This document shows, in pieces, positions 1 to 9,255 of a stretch of 64,000 nt of DNA (the first letter of the stretch is position 1; every line of letters begins with the position of its first letter). A model generated the notes under the pieces. The model had not been told where the DNA came from. It worked only from the letters and a program-made list of their open reading frames with translations, and did not search any database. The DNA is from Limisphaerales bacterium (GTDB lineage: Bacteria; Verrucomicrobiota; Verrucomicrobiia; Limisphaerales; JAJOIW01), in the NCBI GenBank assembly GCA_965657355.1, contig CBFHOE010000003.1:293145-357144 (forward strand), read 5' to 3'. Both the position numbers and the translations under genes were made by a program.

Positions 1-317
1 ATCTCCCCTCGGCAGGGTTTGATCCGAGATTGTGTGTTTGGTCGTATAAAGAATTCGTAGGCAAGCCTGATAAAAAGATATACGAGATTGCAGCAGCGCG
101 TCTCTTTGAGCATTATCAAATAAAACCCAATGACGTTTTATATATTGGGAATGACATGCTAAAAGATGTGGTGGCATCGCAATCAGTAGGATTTAAAGCC
201 GCCCTCTTTGCTGGTGATAAGCAGTCATTGAGGCTAAAGAAAAACGACCCTTTATGCTTCAATAAAAATCCAGACTGGGTTTTCAATAACTGGGAAAATG
301 CTATTGAGATGGCTTAG
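1..317 (+). CDS. HAD-superfamily hydrolase, C-terminal fragment (5' end lies outside the window)
   Basis: The frame is open from the window edge. The tail ...GKPDKKIYEIAAARL...YIGNDMLKDVVASQSVGFKAALF matches the conserved Lys (motif III) and the GxD-x3-D (motif IV) region of haloacid-dehalogenase-like phosphatases. Confidence 0.6.
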   Translation, partial: LPSAGFDPRLCVWSYKEFVGKPDKKIYEIAAARLFEHYQIKPNDVLYIGNDMLKDVVASQSVGFKAALFAGDKQSLRLKKNDPLCFNKNPDWVFNNWENAIEMA

Positions 318-732
318 AGTCAATGATTGCTTCTTGAGTTAAAGCTTGGATTTTAGTTAATCCAGCTTGTTGCACGGATTGCCAAATTCTCATCACGATG
401 CCATACGGAGCATCTTTATCTGCGTTCAGCGCGATTCGGGTTTCAGGATTTTTTCGGGCAATATCCTCAAAAACAAACTTAATATCCTCTATGTCAGTAA
501 GTGCTTGGTTGATATAGATGGCTGGAGGGGTCGTTGTGATAGATACAACTACAACTTCTGGTTTTTCGGTGCTGGTTGATTCACCTGCTCTCGGTAAATT
601 AATCTCCACAACAGGAAATTTTCTAAAAGATGTCGTAACGAGCAAAAAAATGAGGACGACCAATAATATGTCAATCAATGGCACGATAAGAATTTCAGGC
701 GATCTTTTGGGTTTTGGAGAACCAAATGCCAT
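301..732 (-). CDS. exbD: ExbD/TolR biopolymer transport protein
   Basis: 143 aa. The N-terminal basic segment plus a single TM helix (EILIVPLIDILLVVLIFLLV) and the periplasmic domain are typical of ExbD/TolR. The gene starts 3 nt after the exbB stop. Confidence 0.85.
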   Translation of the reverse strand: MAFGSPKPKRSPEILIVPLIDILLVVLIFLLVTTSFRKFPVVEINLPRAGESTSTEKPEVVVVSITTTPPAIYINQALTDIEDIKFVFEDIARKNPETRIALNADKDAPYGIVMRIWQSVQQAGLTKIQALTQEAIIDSKPSQ

Positions 733-734
733 GT

Positions 735-1358
735 TTAGCTATCCTCCTCGGTATCTGAATCAGGTTGGTAGAGCTCTTTGTAAATTTCATCGCAGAGGGA
801 TTCCATTTGAGCTCCGACTATTTCTACTCGTCTTTGAAAAACATGCCAGCCGATTACGCTTGGGATTGAAACGATAAGTCCTGCGAAGGTCGTCATTAGG
901 GCTATACCTATTCCTTTAGCCAAATCCATATTATCCACATTTGATACGTCACTAATTGATCCGAAAAGATAAATAAGCCCTTGGATAGTTCCAGCCAAGC
1001 CAAGCAATGGTGCTATGGTGGTTACGATTTCCAATGTGCGAAGTCCTCTCTGTAGGCGCAGTTGGGTTTCTTGCCCTAATGTATTTAGCAACTGACGATT
1101 TTCAGTCAGGCTTCTATCTTTATTTTCAAGAACATGCCGGACTAGTTTACCTGCAGGTGAGGTGAAAATTTTTTCATTAGGTGACATTTCATGTCTGGAG
1201 AATTTTTTTACCCAATGAATGAGAAAATCAGGTATGACCTTTGATGACCGAAGGTCATATGCCTTTTCAAGAATTACAGTCAAGGAAACAAGGGAGCAGA
1301 TACCGATGGGAATCATCAAAGGGCCGCCTTGTTCCAGAAATTTCCAAGCTGTTTCCAT
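735..1358 (-). CDS. exbB: MotA/TolQ/ExbB proton-channel protein
   Basis: 207 aa and three TM segments. The C-terminal signature APLLGLAGTIQGLI...LAKGIGIALMTTFAGLIVSIPS belongs to the MotA/TolQ/ExbB family. Confidence 0.85.
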   Translation of the reverse strand: METAWKFLEQGGPLMIPIGICSLVSLTVILEKAYDLRSSKVIPDFLIHWVKKFSRHEMSPNEKIFTSPAGKLVRHVLENKDRSLTENRQLLNTLGQETQLRLQRGLRTLEIVTTIAPLLGLAGTIQGLIYLFGSISDVSNVDNMDLAKGIGIALMTTFAGLIVSIPSVIGWHVFQRRVEIVGAQMESLCDEIYKELYQPDSDTEEDS

Positions 1359-1518
1359 ACTAGATCGAATCTCCCGATAAGCGCGTTGTTGAGTCGGTTT
1401 TTTGGGCTGTGAAATGGAGTGGGCTTTTCACAGTGGTGATAGGAAAGCATGCCGATAAACTTATTAAAATGTGATTCCTTTGCATATTGGTAATTAATTG
1501 TAAGTCCAACTGATATTC

Positions 1519-2628
1519 TTATCTGTAAATAAAGGTAAAGATTATGTCTCTATATGGTTTTCCAATTTCATTTCGCATCTTCTTAGTCCATTTTCCAAAC
1601 GGTGCGGCGTTTTCAATGGCATCTTGACAAGAAGCTGTAAATAACGAACCCACGGCCGTTTCCAATACTTTTGTTTCCTCTATGCTTCCTGATTCGTGCA
1701 GCCTGAACTTGATCTTAACGACACCTCTATCCACAGAGCCAGCAATCAGATTTGAAATATACTTATACCAGGTATTTTGAATGGACACTTGCAGCCTGAG
1801 GTCGTAATCACCAAAAGACTTGTTTGAAGCATCCACCATGCCGGTGGCTCCCGGGTTTTTATCCGATTGGCTCAATATCCTCGTCTTTTCTCCAACAAGA
1901 TTTTTTGCTTTCTTAGCCTCTCTTAAATTTCTAGGCCTTTTTTTGCGGGGGCGGGACGAAGGGGGGGCAGGCTTGGCGGCTTCAGGAGGTTCGATTAGGG
2001 CCTTTTTCCTATCAGGTGCATCTGTGTTAATATCCTGGTTTACATTGATTTTATCGATGGCCGGAAATTCACTCTCTTTCTCATCGGCGGTCAGAGCTGG
2101 AGGAGTTCCCTTATTGTCTGGCAAAGTTGGAGGCCTGACAGATATTGCAGCAGATGATCCTTCCCCGTTTTCGAGGTTATCAGAGTTGTCATCTTCTAGT
2201 GGTTCCGCTTGCTCTGATTGGTTGGAATCTTCGCTTTCTGATTCATCCGGTTGAAGCTGGGAGGTTACTGATTCCTCGAGGGTGACATCCTCGAGTCTAA
2301 GAATATCTTCTTGCTCGCCTTCTTGTGGTGCTAAATTGGTATCTTCTTTAGTTGGATCCTCTGTGTGTGCTTGAGAATCCTGATTAGAGTAATATGGCGT
2401 TTCTTCATCAGGTGGACTTTGTGCAGTCGAAGGGACTTCTACAAAAACCATGTCCAATAGTTGTTTTTGGGGCTCGATCCTTGCAGGTTTTTCAGAGACT
2501 TCCGGAAATAATTGACTCATCAAATTCATTCCGGGGCCGTTGAAGAACAAATAGATGGCGACATGGATAAATACCGCTGCGAAAAAAGCAACTATTCTCA
2601 ATGCTCGTTCCTTGCCATCAGTCATCAC
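1519..2628 (-). CDS. TonB-like energy transducer with a long acidic/basic low-complexity linker
   Basis: An N-terminal TM anchor (ALRIVAFFAAVFIHVAIYLFF) is followed by an acidic Glu/Asp/Ser-rich stretch, then a Pro/Lys/Arg-rich stretch. The C-terminal ~90 aa (VVKIKFRLHESGSIEETKVLE...CQDAIENAAPF) resemble a TonB/TolA C-terminal domain. The gene lies upstream of exbB-exbD on the same strand. Confidence 0.6.
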   Translation of the reverse strand: MMTDGKERALRIVAFFAAVFIHVAIYLFFNGPGMNLMSQLFPEVSEKPARIEPQKQLLDMVFVEVPSTAQSPPDEETPYYSNQDSQAHTEDPTKEDTNLAPQEGEQEDILRLEDVTLEESVTSQLQPDESESEDSNQSEQAEPLEDDNSDNLENGEGSSAAISVRPPTLPDNKGTPPALTADEKESEFPAIDKINVNQDINTDAPDRKKALIEPPEAAKPAPPSSRPRKKRPRNLREAKKAKNLVGEKTRILSQSDKNPGATGMVDASNKSFGDYDLRLQVSIQNTWYKYISNLIAGSVDRGVVKIKFRLHESGSIEETKVLETAVGSLFTASCQDAIENAAPFGKWTKKMRNEIGKPYRDIIFTFIYR

Positions 2629-2895
2629 TTTAATGTCCCGTTTTAATGCAAATGTATAAGAAAACAGTCAAAATTCTAAGAAGTTTCGTAAACATTTGTC
2701 CTCAGCATTCTTCTGATGAAATTAAAACGATCCTCAACAGCTCTCTTTCACGGATAGCTCCAAATGCAAAAACGATTCGTTAATTTTTCATAATTGATTG
2801 TGGCTAAAGCATTTTAGCAAACGGACGATTCAATTAGAGGAACGCATGTTTTCGATAATCACTGGTTTTTCAATGGACTAAATTTATAGTCGCCT

Positions 2896-4965
2896 ATGTT
2901 GGCTGTTTTAAAAAAGGTATTTGGCAATCACAGGTCAGAGGTCTCATCAAATCGAGACCGAGTAGGCTTATCGTTGGATGAAAAAAGATTCAACGATTCT
3001 GCCTCGTCAGGATGTGATGAACCAAAGGATCCCAATCGGGTTCCAGCCTCTAGCTCAGCCACAATTATTGTATACGATTTGCGGCATATTATTAGCCATT
3101 TACCAGATGAGCTTCGACGACACGTTGTAAAGGATTTGCCGGCAGGGCATAACATCCGCCTGCCAGCAGCTCTTCTAACCAGAAAAATCCAAAAAAGTGA
3201 TCTGACTATTAGTTTCAGTACGCTGAAAAAAATGTCTCCCTCTGGTATCTTTGAAGATAATAGAAGTCTTGATCACAAAAGAGTGAAACTTGATCTGGAG
3301 GAAACCAAAAACCAGCTAAGTGGGAAATCTCCATCCAATTTTAAAGCAGAAGATTTGGATGTTCCTTCGAAGGAAGTTGAAGAGAAATCAGATAGCGCAT
3401 ACGTTCAGGGAACAAAGCTTTTACCAGACCAAAACAGTCAGTGCCAGTCTGATGGTTCTCAGAGTTCACTCGGACATTCTACCCCTGAATTAGATGATGA
3501 TCCGAGCCCGTTAGTCATATCTGCAAGCAGAATAAAGGATTACATTACTGTAGCTTGTAAGTCTGAGATTTTGAGGTTGCCTCAGGGGTTCGAGACTCCC
3601 TTACATATCCCATATGCCGTAGCGCAATCCTTTTACGAAAACGCTGAGGCGACTGCTTCGTGGAGTGATTTTTGGTCCTGGTTTTATCCATCTCCAGAGC
3701 CAACAGGTTTTGATTACTCGGACCCCGTGAACATCCCCATGGACTTTTTTATTCCTGCCTTTACGGAGTGGAAAAAAGAATTGGAAGCTCCGGCCCCTTC
3801 AGTGAATGAGAAAAAGGCCATTCAAAAAAACCAATTGAAACCAGATCCAATCTTGCAATCAGGTCTTTCAGTTCAAAAAACATCACAGATGGAAATAAGA
3901 GTCCTTGATACCGACTCTCCAGAGCCTACAACGAAACATGAAGCTCGTGGTATTTCTTACATTAAAGAAAAACAAAAAGTAGAAGTTAGTCAGCTCCCTC
4001 ATACCGGTGATGACACCCATGTCGTTAGCACTTCCACAGGTAAATCTGAGCCACACCTCGCTATTGGATCTCGATTGGAGGACTCCTTGAATGATGAACA
4101 GGCTGCTAGTGATAAGGCATTGCCTGCTGATAGCGCATCACACAAGAAAAACGAAGAAACCGATAAATCTGTAGCCATCGATAAAGAAGTTTCCAAATCT
4201 AATATCGAAACTGAGGTCCATAGGAAACTAGTGCAAGATGTTAGTGCGGACACCGAGCCAGAAGATCAAGGAATCCATTTTGAAGTCAATGATACGCTTG
4301 GATTTGCTGAGGTAGCAGAGGCGCTAGATAGAGATATTATCGATGATTTGGAGGGTGTTAATGGTTTCTCACTCGAGTCTCACAAAACGGAAGTTCAAAA
4401 ACCTCTTCAGGGGCTTGAAAGTCAAGCTGACTTTGTGAATAAGGAGCAGACAGATATAGGGCAAGAAGTATCGGTGTCTTTTGATTCATTTGTCCAAAAA
4501 TCACGAAAGGCATACGACCCGGAGCTTTATCAGGATGGCATTAGTGGGGCTGGTGAGATTCATCAAGACGAGCTCACAGCTCGCTTAGCCAAAATGTTTC
4601 TGCAGCCAGAAAAGAAAATTTGGACAGTTAAAGAAATCATCCGTAAAGCTTCACTTTTCGAAGGTATCATCGGCTTGCTTGTTTTCTTTGATGATGGGCT
4701 CATGATCGGGTCGGAAGTGCCTGGAAGTATTAATGTTGATCAATTCCTCAAGGAAGCACCAACTATGTTTAGTCAAGCATCTCATATATGTGGCGGATCT
4801 GATAGCGATTTACCAGAATACGTGTCTGTTTATTTCCAGGATCAAACCGTTCACGCATTTAAATCTGGTAATATTTTTCTAATAGCCTTTAGTAATCCAG
4901 AGGTTCAAATACCTCGAGGAAATCTTAAATTTATAACAACTTACCTTTCAAGAAAACTCGGTTGA
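2896..4965 (+). CDS. Large acidic low-complexity protein with a C-terminal Roadblock/LC7-like domain
   Basis: 689-aa ORF. The last ~118 aa (nt ~4609-4962; ...FEGIIGLLVFFDDGLMIGSEVPG...EYVSVYFQDQTVHAFKSGNIFLIAFSN) follow the Roadblock/LC7 pattern. The stop codon lies 1 nt before the mglA ATG. Confidence 0.6.
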   Translation: MLAVLKKVFGNHRSEVSSNRDRVGLSLDEKRFNDSASSGCDEPKDPNRVPASSSATIIVYDLRHIISHLPDELRRHVVKDLPAGHNIRLPAALLTRKIQKSDLTISFSTLKKMSPSGIFEDNRSLDHKRVKLDLEETKNQLSGKSPSNFKAEDLDVPSKEVEEKSDSAYVQGTKLLPDQNSQCQSDGSQSSLGHSTPELDDDPSPLVISASRIKDYITVACKSEILRLPQGFETPLHIPYAVAQSFYENAEATASWSDFWSWFYPSPEPTGFDYSDPVNIPMDFFIPAFTEWKKELEAPAPSVNEKKAIQKNQLKPDPILQSGLSVQKTSQMEIRVLDTDSPEPTTKHEARGISYIKEKQKVEVSQLPHTGDDTHVVSTSTGKSEPHLAIGSRLEDSLNDEQAASDKALPADSASHKKNEETDKSVAIDKEVSKSNIETEVHRKLVQDVSADTEPEDQGIHFEVNDTLGFAEVAEALDRDIIDDLEGVNGFSLESHKTEVQKPLQGLESQADFVNKEQTDIGQEVSVSFDSFVQKSRKAYDPELYQDGISGAGEIHQDELTARLAKMFLQPEKKIWTVKEIIRKASLFEGIIGLLVFFDDGLMIGSEVPGSINVDQFLKEAPTMFSQASHICGGSDSDLPEYVSVYFQDQTVHAFKSGNIFLIAFSNPEVQIPRGNLKFITTYLSRKLG

Positions 4966-4966
4966 T

Positions 4967-5614
4967 ATGGCCTACTTAAATCGAAAGACAAAACAGCTCC
5001 AGCTAAAAATTGTTTACTATGGTCCAGCCTTGTCTGGAAAGACGACAAACCTGGTAAGAGTTCATGAATCAGTAAAATCCAAAAAAGCGAGTGACAAAAG
5101 CGATCTGGTGAATCTCGCGACAAGTAATGACAGGACTCTCTTTTTCGATTTTTTGCCCCTTCAGACGGTCAAAGTCAATGGGTATGACGCCCGTTTCCAA
5201 TTATATACTGTTCCCGGTCAAGTTATATATAATACGACTAGGCAGTTAGTACTTAGAGGGGTTGATGGGATTGTTTTTGTAGCAGATAGCTCTCAAGACC
5301 GTCTCAATGATAGTGTGGAGAGCCTTGAGAATCTTGACCAAAACTTAAAAGAGTTACGGATTGACCCCAAATCCGTTCCACTGGTTTTTCAATACAATAA
5401 GAGAGACATAGAAAATGCAGCCTCTGTTGATTACATGGACAACTTGTTAAACAAGCAGAACCGACCTTATTTTGAAGCTGTTGCTGGAAAGGGTGAAGGC
5501 GTTTTTCCAACTCTGAATGGGATTTCGAAAATATTACTAAGGAAGTTTTTGATGCAGGGCAAGCCAGCATCTTCTGAAAAAGAAGTGCCTTCCGGTGTCT
5601 CGGATTCCTTATAG
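4967..5614 (+). CDS. mglA: MglA-family Ras-like small GTPase
   Basis: The sequence KIVYYGPALSGKTTNL (P-loop), DRTLFFDFLP, LYTVPGQ (the MglA-type PGQ in place of DxxGQ), VDGIVFVADS and QYNKRD (NKxD) is collinear with Myxococcus MglA as I recall it. Confidence 0.9.
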   Translation: MAYLNRKTKQLQLKIVYYGPALSGKTTNLVRVHESVKSKKASDKSDLVNLATSNDRTLFFDFLPLQTVKVNGYDARFQLYTVPGQVIYNTTRQLVLRGVDGIVFVADSSQDRLNDSVESLENLDQNLKELRIDPKSVPLVFQYNKRDIENAASVDYMDNLLNKQNRPYFEAVAGKGEGVFPTLNGISKILLRKFLMQGKPASSEKEVPSGVSDSL

Positions 5615-5629
5615 GATGTCACTTGAAAA

Positions 5630-6160
5630 ATGTCTAACAACAAGCAATACAATTTGGAATCCGTTTTGGGCGATTTATCCGAGGAGATAGATGCCAGTTG
5701 CTTATTTGTAATGACGCCTTCCGGCATCATTGTTGGACATTGTGGGAGAATGCCTGCAATCGAAATAAATACTTTGGGCGCTTTGGTTTGGGGAATGTAT
5801 TCCGCCGCAGAAAAAATTCACGACCTTTTGGGCGATAATGAAATGCCAGCGCTTTCCCATTATACTTCCGCACAAAATTTTTTCGTATTTGGCATGCCCG
5901 GGGCTGCTGGGGTTTTGACAGTCGTCGGTAAAATGCCATTTTTGAGCCCTCCTCAGATTGATGTCATCAAAAAGGCTAGTCTGCAATTAAATGAACTGAT
6001 CCCTTCTGGATATAGTAATTGGGATGAAAATCTTATCTCAAAAGCGCCCGGCAGTCACCGCAGTGATGAAAGATTAAATGATCAAAGTCTCAATCAAGGC
6101 CTAGAGGAGGAATCCGATTTGTTTGAACTGGAATCCGATATCTTTCATTCCGATAAATAG
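5630..6160 (+). CDS. mglB: Roadblock/LC7 domain protein, MglB-like (putative GAP partner of MglA) with an acidic C-terminal tail
   Basis: 176 aa. The Roadblock pattern (ASCLFVMTPSGIIVGHCG...LGALVWGMYSAAEKI...NFFVFGMPGAAGVLTVVG) is followed by an Asp/Glu-rich tail. The gene starts 15 nt downstream of mglA. Confidence 0.7.
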   Translation: MSNNKQYNLESVLGDLSEEIDASCLFVMTPSGIIVGHCGRMPAIEINTLGALVWGMYSAAEKIHDLLGDNEMPALSHYTSAQNFFVFGMPGAAGVLTVVGKMPFLSPPQIDVIKKASLQLNELIPSGYSNWDENLISKAPGSHRSDERLNDQSLNQGLEEESDLFELESDIFHSDK

Positions 6161-6204
6161 GATAATCCAATAGGGTCAACGCAAGCCATATCACATTTTT
6201 CTTC

Positions 6205-6228
6205 AGGCAAATATAATGCCTATTTTTT
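6205..6228 (+). terminator. Weak intrinsic terminator after the mglA operon
   Basis: Stem AGGCA (6205-6209) pairs with TGCCT (6217-6221) around a 7-nt loop, followed by ATTTTTT. Confidence 0.45.
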
Positions 6229-6472
6229 CAGCTAGCCTTTTCTTAGCTTTTATTAATTTGATTTTGATGAATCTATTTTTAGCCATTTCCCAGCACAAAA
6301 TTCTGCAATAAATACGGTTAAAAGAGGACGGTTGGGAAAATCTTGAAATTCCAATATCAGTTTATTTGTGTATATGCTGACAAATATGCAGAATGATTAT
6401 TGCGATAAACAGCTCTTAAATAATCATCGGGGTCATCGTTGTTTATTTGCCGTATATATAACTGAAAAAGTC

Positions 6473-7498
6473 ATGATTTTATCAGCTTTCAGCTTCCTTC
6501 TAATTTTCTTCTCATCAAGTGTTTTTCCTTTATTAGGTGCCAGTGAAACCAATTCACTTATCCAGCATCTTGAATTCGTTCAAACGGCCAATAAATCCAC
6601 CTATGGTCTTCGTGACAATAAAGGGATGGGAATGGATTGTCTCAAGGTATTTCAACCCGCTCGTTATTCTGGTGGAAAAGTCATGGGGGTTTACCACAGC
6701 CGCAATGGAAGCGTGTTCTCGATACATCTTGCTTGGTCTTCCAATCTTATTGAATGGACTCACGTAGCGGTATTAGACAAGAACGCCTCTCAAGCCACGA
6801 TATGGCAATGTGATAATGAAGCATTTTTATTAGCCTATGAAAAAGATGCCCCTAACTCATGTTGGATTCGTTTTCGGTATTATGAAACTCTGTCTTCCCT
6901 TGTATCCGGAAATCATGAAAAGGAGTTTGATATAGAGCGCACTCTTGCACCAACGGCCGAAGGTACACCCAATTTAGAGTCGGTCGTTTTGGAAAGGAAT
7001 CGAATTGATTCCTCCGAAATTCAGATTCGCTTTCATTATTTTAAGAATGCAAGGGTGGATCAACTTGCTTTTGGGACGTTATCCAATTTTAAAACATGGA
7101 AATCTAAGTCATCTGATGTGGTGAATTTGGAGCTTATAAAAAGAGGGTGGAAAGGCAATCTTGGGGATCGAGATAGATTTATTTGGCAAGAAGATGTCTA
7201 TTACCTTCAGGAAGTTCAAAGAACAAGGAATGATTGGAGCTCATGGCGTATATGTTTATGTCGTGGTGACGGAATGCCGATACGAACACTTAAAATAAAG
7301 ACTCATAAAGGTTCAGTTGCTTTTGCTAACCCCAACACGACATGGATTACCGACCCAGAAGACAAGAGAAAACTGGTAATCACTCTCTTCCTTCCATCGG
7401 AAGGAAACAATCCCAATGAGCGAGGGACTCTACTTTATTTAATTGATCCCGCAACAACCAATGCCTTTCCCAAGGCAATAGGCGAGCCAGCTCCATAG
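6473..7498 (+). CDS. Secreted hypothetical protein
   Basis: Long ORF. The internal ATG at 6473 gives a clean signal peptide (MILSAFSFLLIFFSSSVFPLLGASE). I recognise no family motif. Confidence 0.6.
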   Translation: MILSAFSFLLIFFSSSVFPLLGASETNSLIQHLEFVQTANKSTYGLRDNKGMGMDCLKVFQPARYSGGKVMGVYHSRNGSVFSIHLAWSSNLIEWTHVAVLDKNASQATIWQCDNEAFLLAYEKDAPNSCWIRFRYYETLSSLVSGNHEKEFDIERTLAPTAEGTPNLESVVLERNRIDSSEIQIRFHYFKNARVDQLAFGTLSNFKTWKSKSSDVVNLELIKRGWKGNLGDRDRFIWQEDVYYLQEVQRTRNDWSSWRICLCRGDGMPIRTLKIKTHKGSVAFANPNTTWITDPEDKRKLVITLFLPSEGNNPNERGTLLYLIDPATTNAFPKAIGEPAP

Positions 7499-7600
7499 AA
7501 TATTAAGCAGCTGAAAAAAATCTAAATCATACCCCAATATTGGTATAAGAATCCTTTGGTGAAGACTTTTCCAAAGGATCACTTGCCAAATCATCGAGGC

Positions 7601-8926
7601 TTAATTTTTGCCGGGCGTTTTAGAATGCGCTTGTTGTGGGAAGTCAAAGGTAAGCACCAGGGGGTCCGTTCCGGTATTTTCAATCTCGACACCGCCCTTA
7701 TTGAGCGCAGCTTGAGTAATGAATCCGATTTCGGGATAAATTTCACCGAGCTTCATATCCTGGTGGTACCGCACTGCAAGTTTACCAACACGGCCACTAC
7801 CGCCATTCGTGTGAAAGAGCGCAGGGCTTTCCGGACAGAAATTTGTTTTTGCCCCAGGTTCCACGATGAGGCGGAGAATGGAACACTTTTGGTCGCCAAG
7901 GAAGTCACCATAAATAATCCACCTTGCGTCCACTCCATCGCCCGTGAACTCTTCAGCTGAGATTGCCGGACGTGAATTTTTCATGACAAAATCCGGGTCT
8001 TGATTTGCTTCGAAATCAAAAGTATCAACGAGAAATTCCCAGTCTTCGTGACGGTCTTTTGGATAGTCCTCTTCTCTGCAGGCGTAAAAAGCATCAGCTG
8101 CTCCGATACTTCCATCTAGAGTAAGGTCTTCTGCAAGGAAGTGCTCGTCCATTGTCACGTGCAGCTCGTGAGTACAAAGGTCAGTCGGTGAGTGGAGCAC
8201 TCCATTAGGCATGACGAAGCCGTTATCAAGTTGCATCATTGTATGGGGAGACAAATGCCGGACTCCGTTATATTCACCTCGTGCGAAATTTTTCATGCAT
8301 GACAGGAACTGGTCTTTTGTCACAAATGGGTAGAGTCCCATTGCCGTGGTGTGGTAATGGGAAGGACTAACTCCTGGATTATCGTATGAATTGATGTCGT
8401 AAACCTCCCATTTGGCCCAATGAAGGTGGTGCGGGATCGGGTTTAGGTTATCAAACTTTTTAGACACAATCGGCCATGTAGGGTTGCCGAATAGGGATTT
8501 CGAAAACGCTGTCATTTTTTCACCAATCACAACTTCTGGTTTAGCCGCGATTAAGTTCTGGAGGGAGATAACTTGACCGCCTGGCGTGAGGACATGCGAT
8601 TCCCCTTCACGAAATGGTGCTTTATTTGTGCGCGTATCAATGACTCCCGTCACTATAGGAACCGTGCAACACATCCACAGTTCATCTAGCCCGGTTCCGT
8701 CCATGTAATCTGGATAATAAGATTTGGCATCGAGACGAATTCTTTTTCCCGGAGTGCAAAAGGTCCGGCCTGCATAACGATGTAAAAGTTGTAACACGCC
8801 ATCGTTTTCGTTCAGGCAATCATCGAGAATTGAATCTACCCCTGCGCCGGATCCATCGATCACGTCTTGTTGGGGATACTCATGTAGTTTGTCCGGCAGA
8901 ATTGACGTCGAAGCAGTCATGGTCAA
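7601..8926 (-). CDS. Hypothetical cytoplasmic protein (His-rich core; possibly a cupin-type sugar isomerase; function not supported)
   Basis: 441-aa ORF with no signal peptide. It contains a His cluster (IPHHLHWAKWE) and HELHVTMDEH. Only the coding call is well supported. Confidence 0.55.
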   Translation of the reverse strand: MTMTASTSILPDKLHEYPQQDVIDGSGAGVDSILDDCLNENDGVLQLLHRYAGRTFCTPGKRIRLDAKSYYPDYMDGTGLDELWMCCTVPIVTGVIDTRTNKAPFREGESHVLTPGGQVISLQNLIAAKPEVVIGEKMTAFSKSLFGNPTWPIVSKKFDNLNPIPHHLHWAKWEVYDINSYDNPGVSPSHYHTTAMGLYPFVTKDQFLSCMKNFARGEYNGVRHLSPHTMMQLDNGFVMPNGVLHSPTDLCTHELHVTMDEHFLAEDLTLDGSIGAADAFYACREEDYPKDRHEDWEFLVDTFDFEANQDPDFVMKNSRPAISAEEFTGDGVDARWIIYGDFLGDQKCSILRLIVEPGAKTNFCPESPALFHTNGGSGRVGKLAVRYHQDMKLGEIYPEIGFITQAALNKGGVEIENTGTDPLVLTFDFPQQAHSKTPGKN

Positions 8927-9255
8927 TAGGTTCTAATTTAGCTGTAGAATTTATGTTATTATCTGTATTTTAAATCACAATGAGGCAGGCCTAGCGCCTG
9001 TAAACTCAAACTCAAATTGGATTCTGACTTTTAAGAATGGGATTAGCAAGGTTGAATGGTGCCAATGCCATACTGCGGGATGCCCAGACTATCTCAATGG
9101 GCTATCAGAATTAAACCTTGATTGAGTCCAAGTCGCTTAGCTCCCATCCGCATGACCCCTACAGGGGTATCGAAACTGCGGTGTTAATCTCATTGCCGAC
9201 GGTAAATTTTTTTCGCGAGGTATTATCTTATTTATTATTTAATAAGGCCTGAGTT

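Noticed and set aside
1820-2254. A 144-codon plus-strand ORF antisense to the TonB-like gene.
   Set aside because: It lies entirely within the low-complexity acidic/basic linker of the minus-strand gene. Its Ser/Leu/Gly/Ala-rich translation has no features and no RBS.
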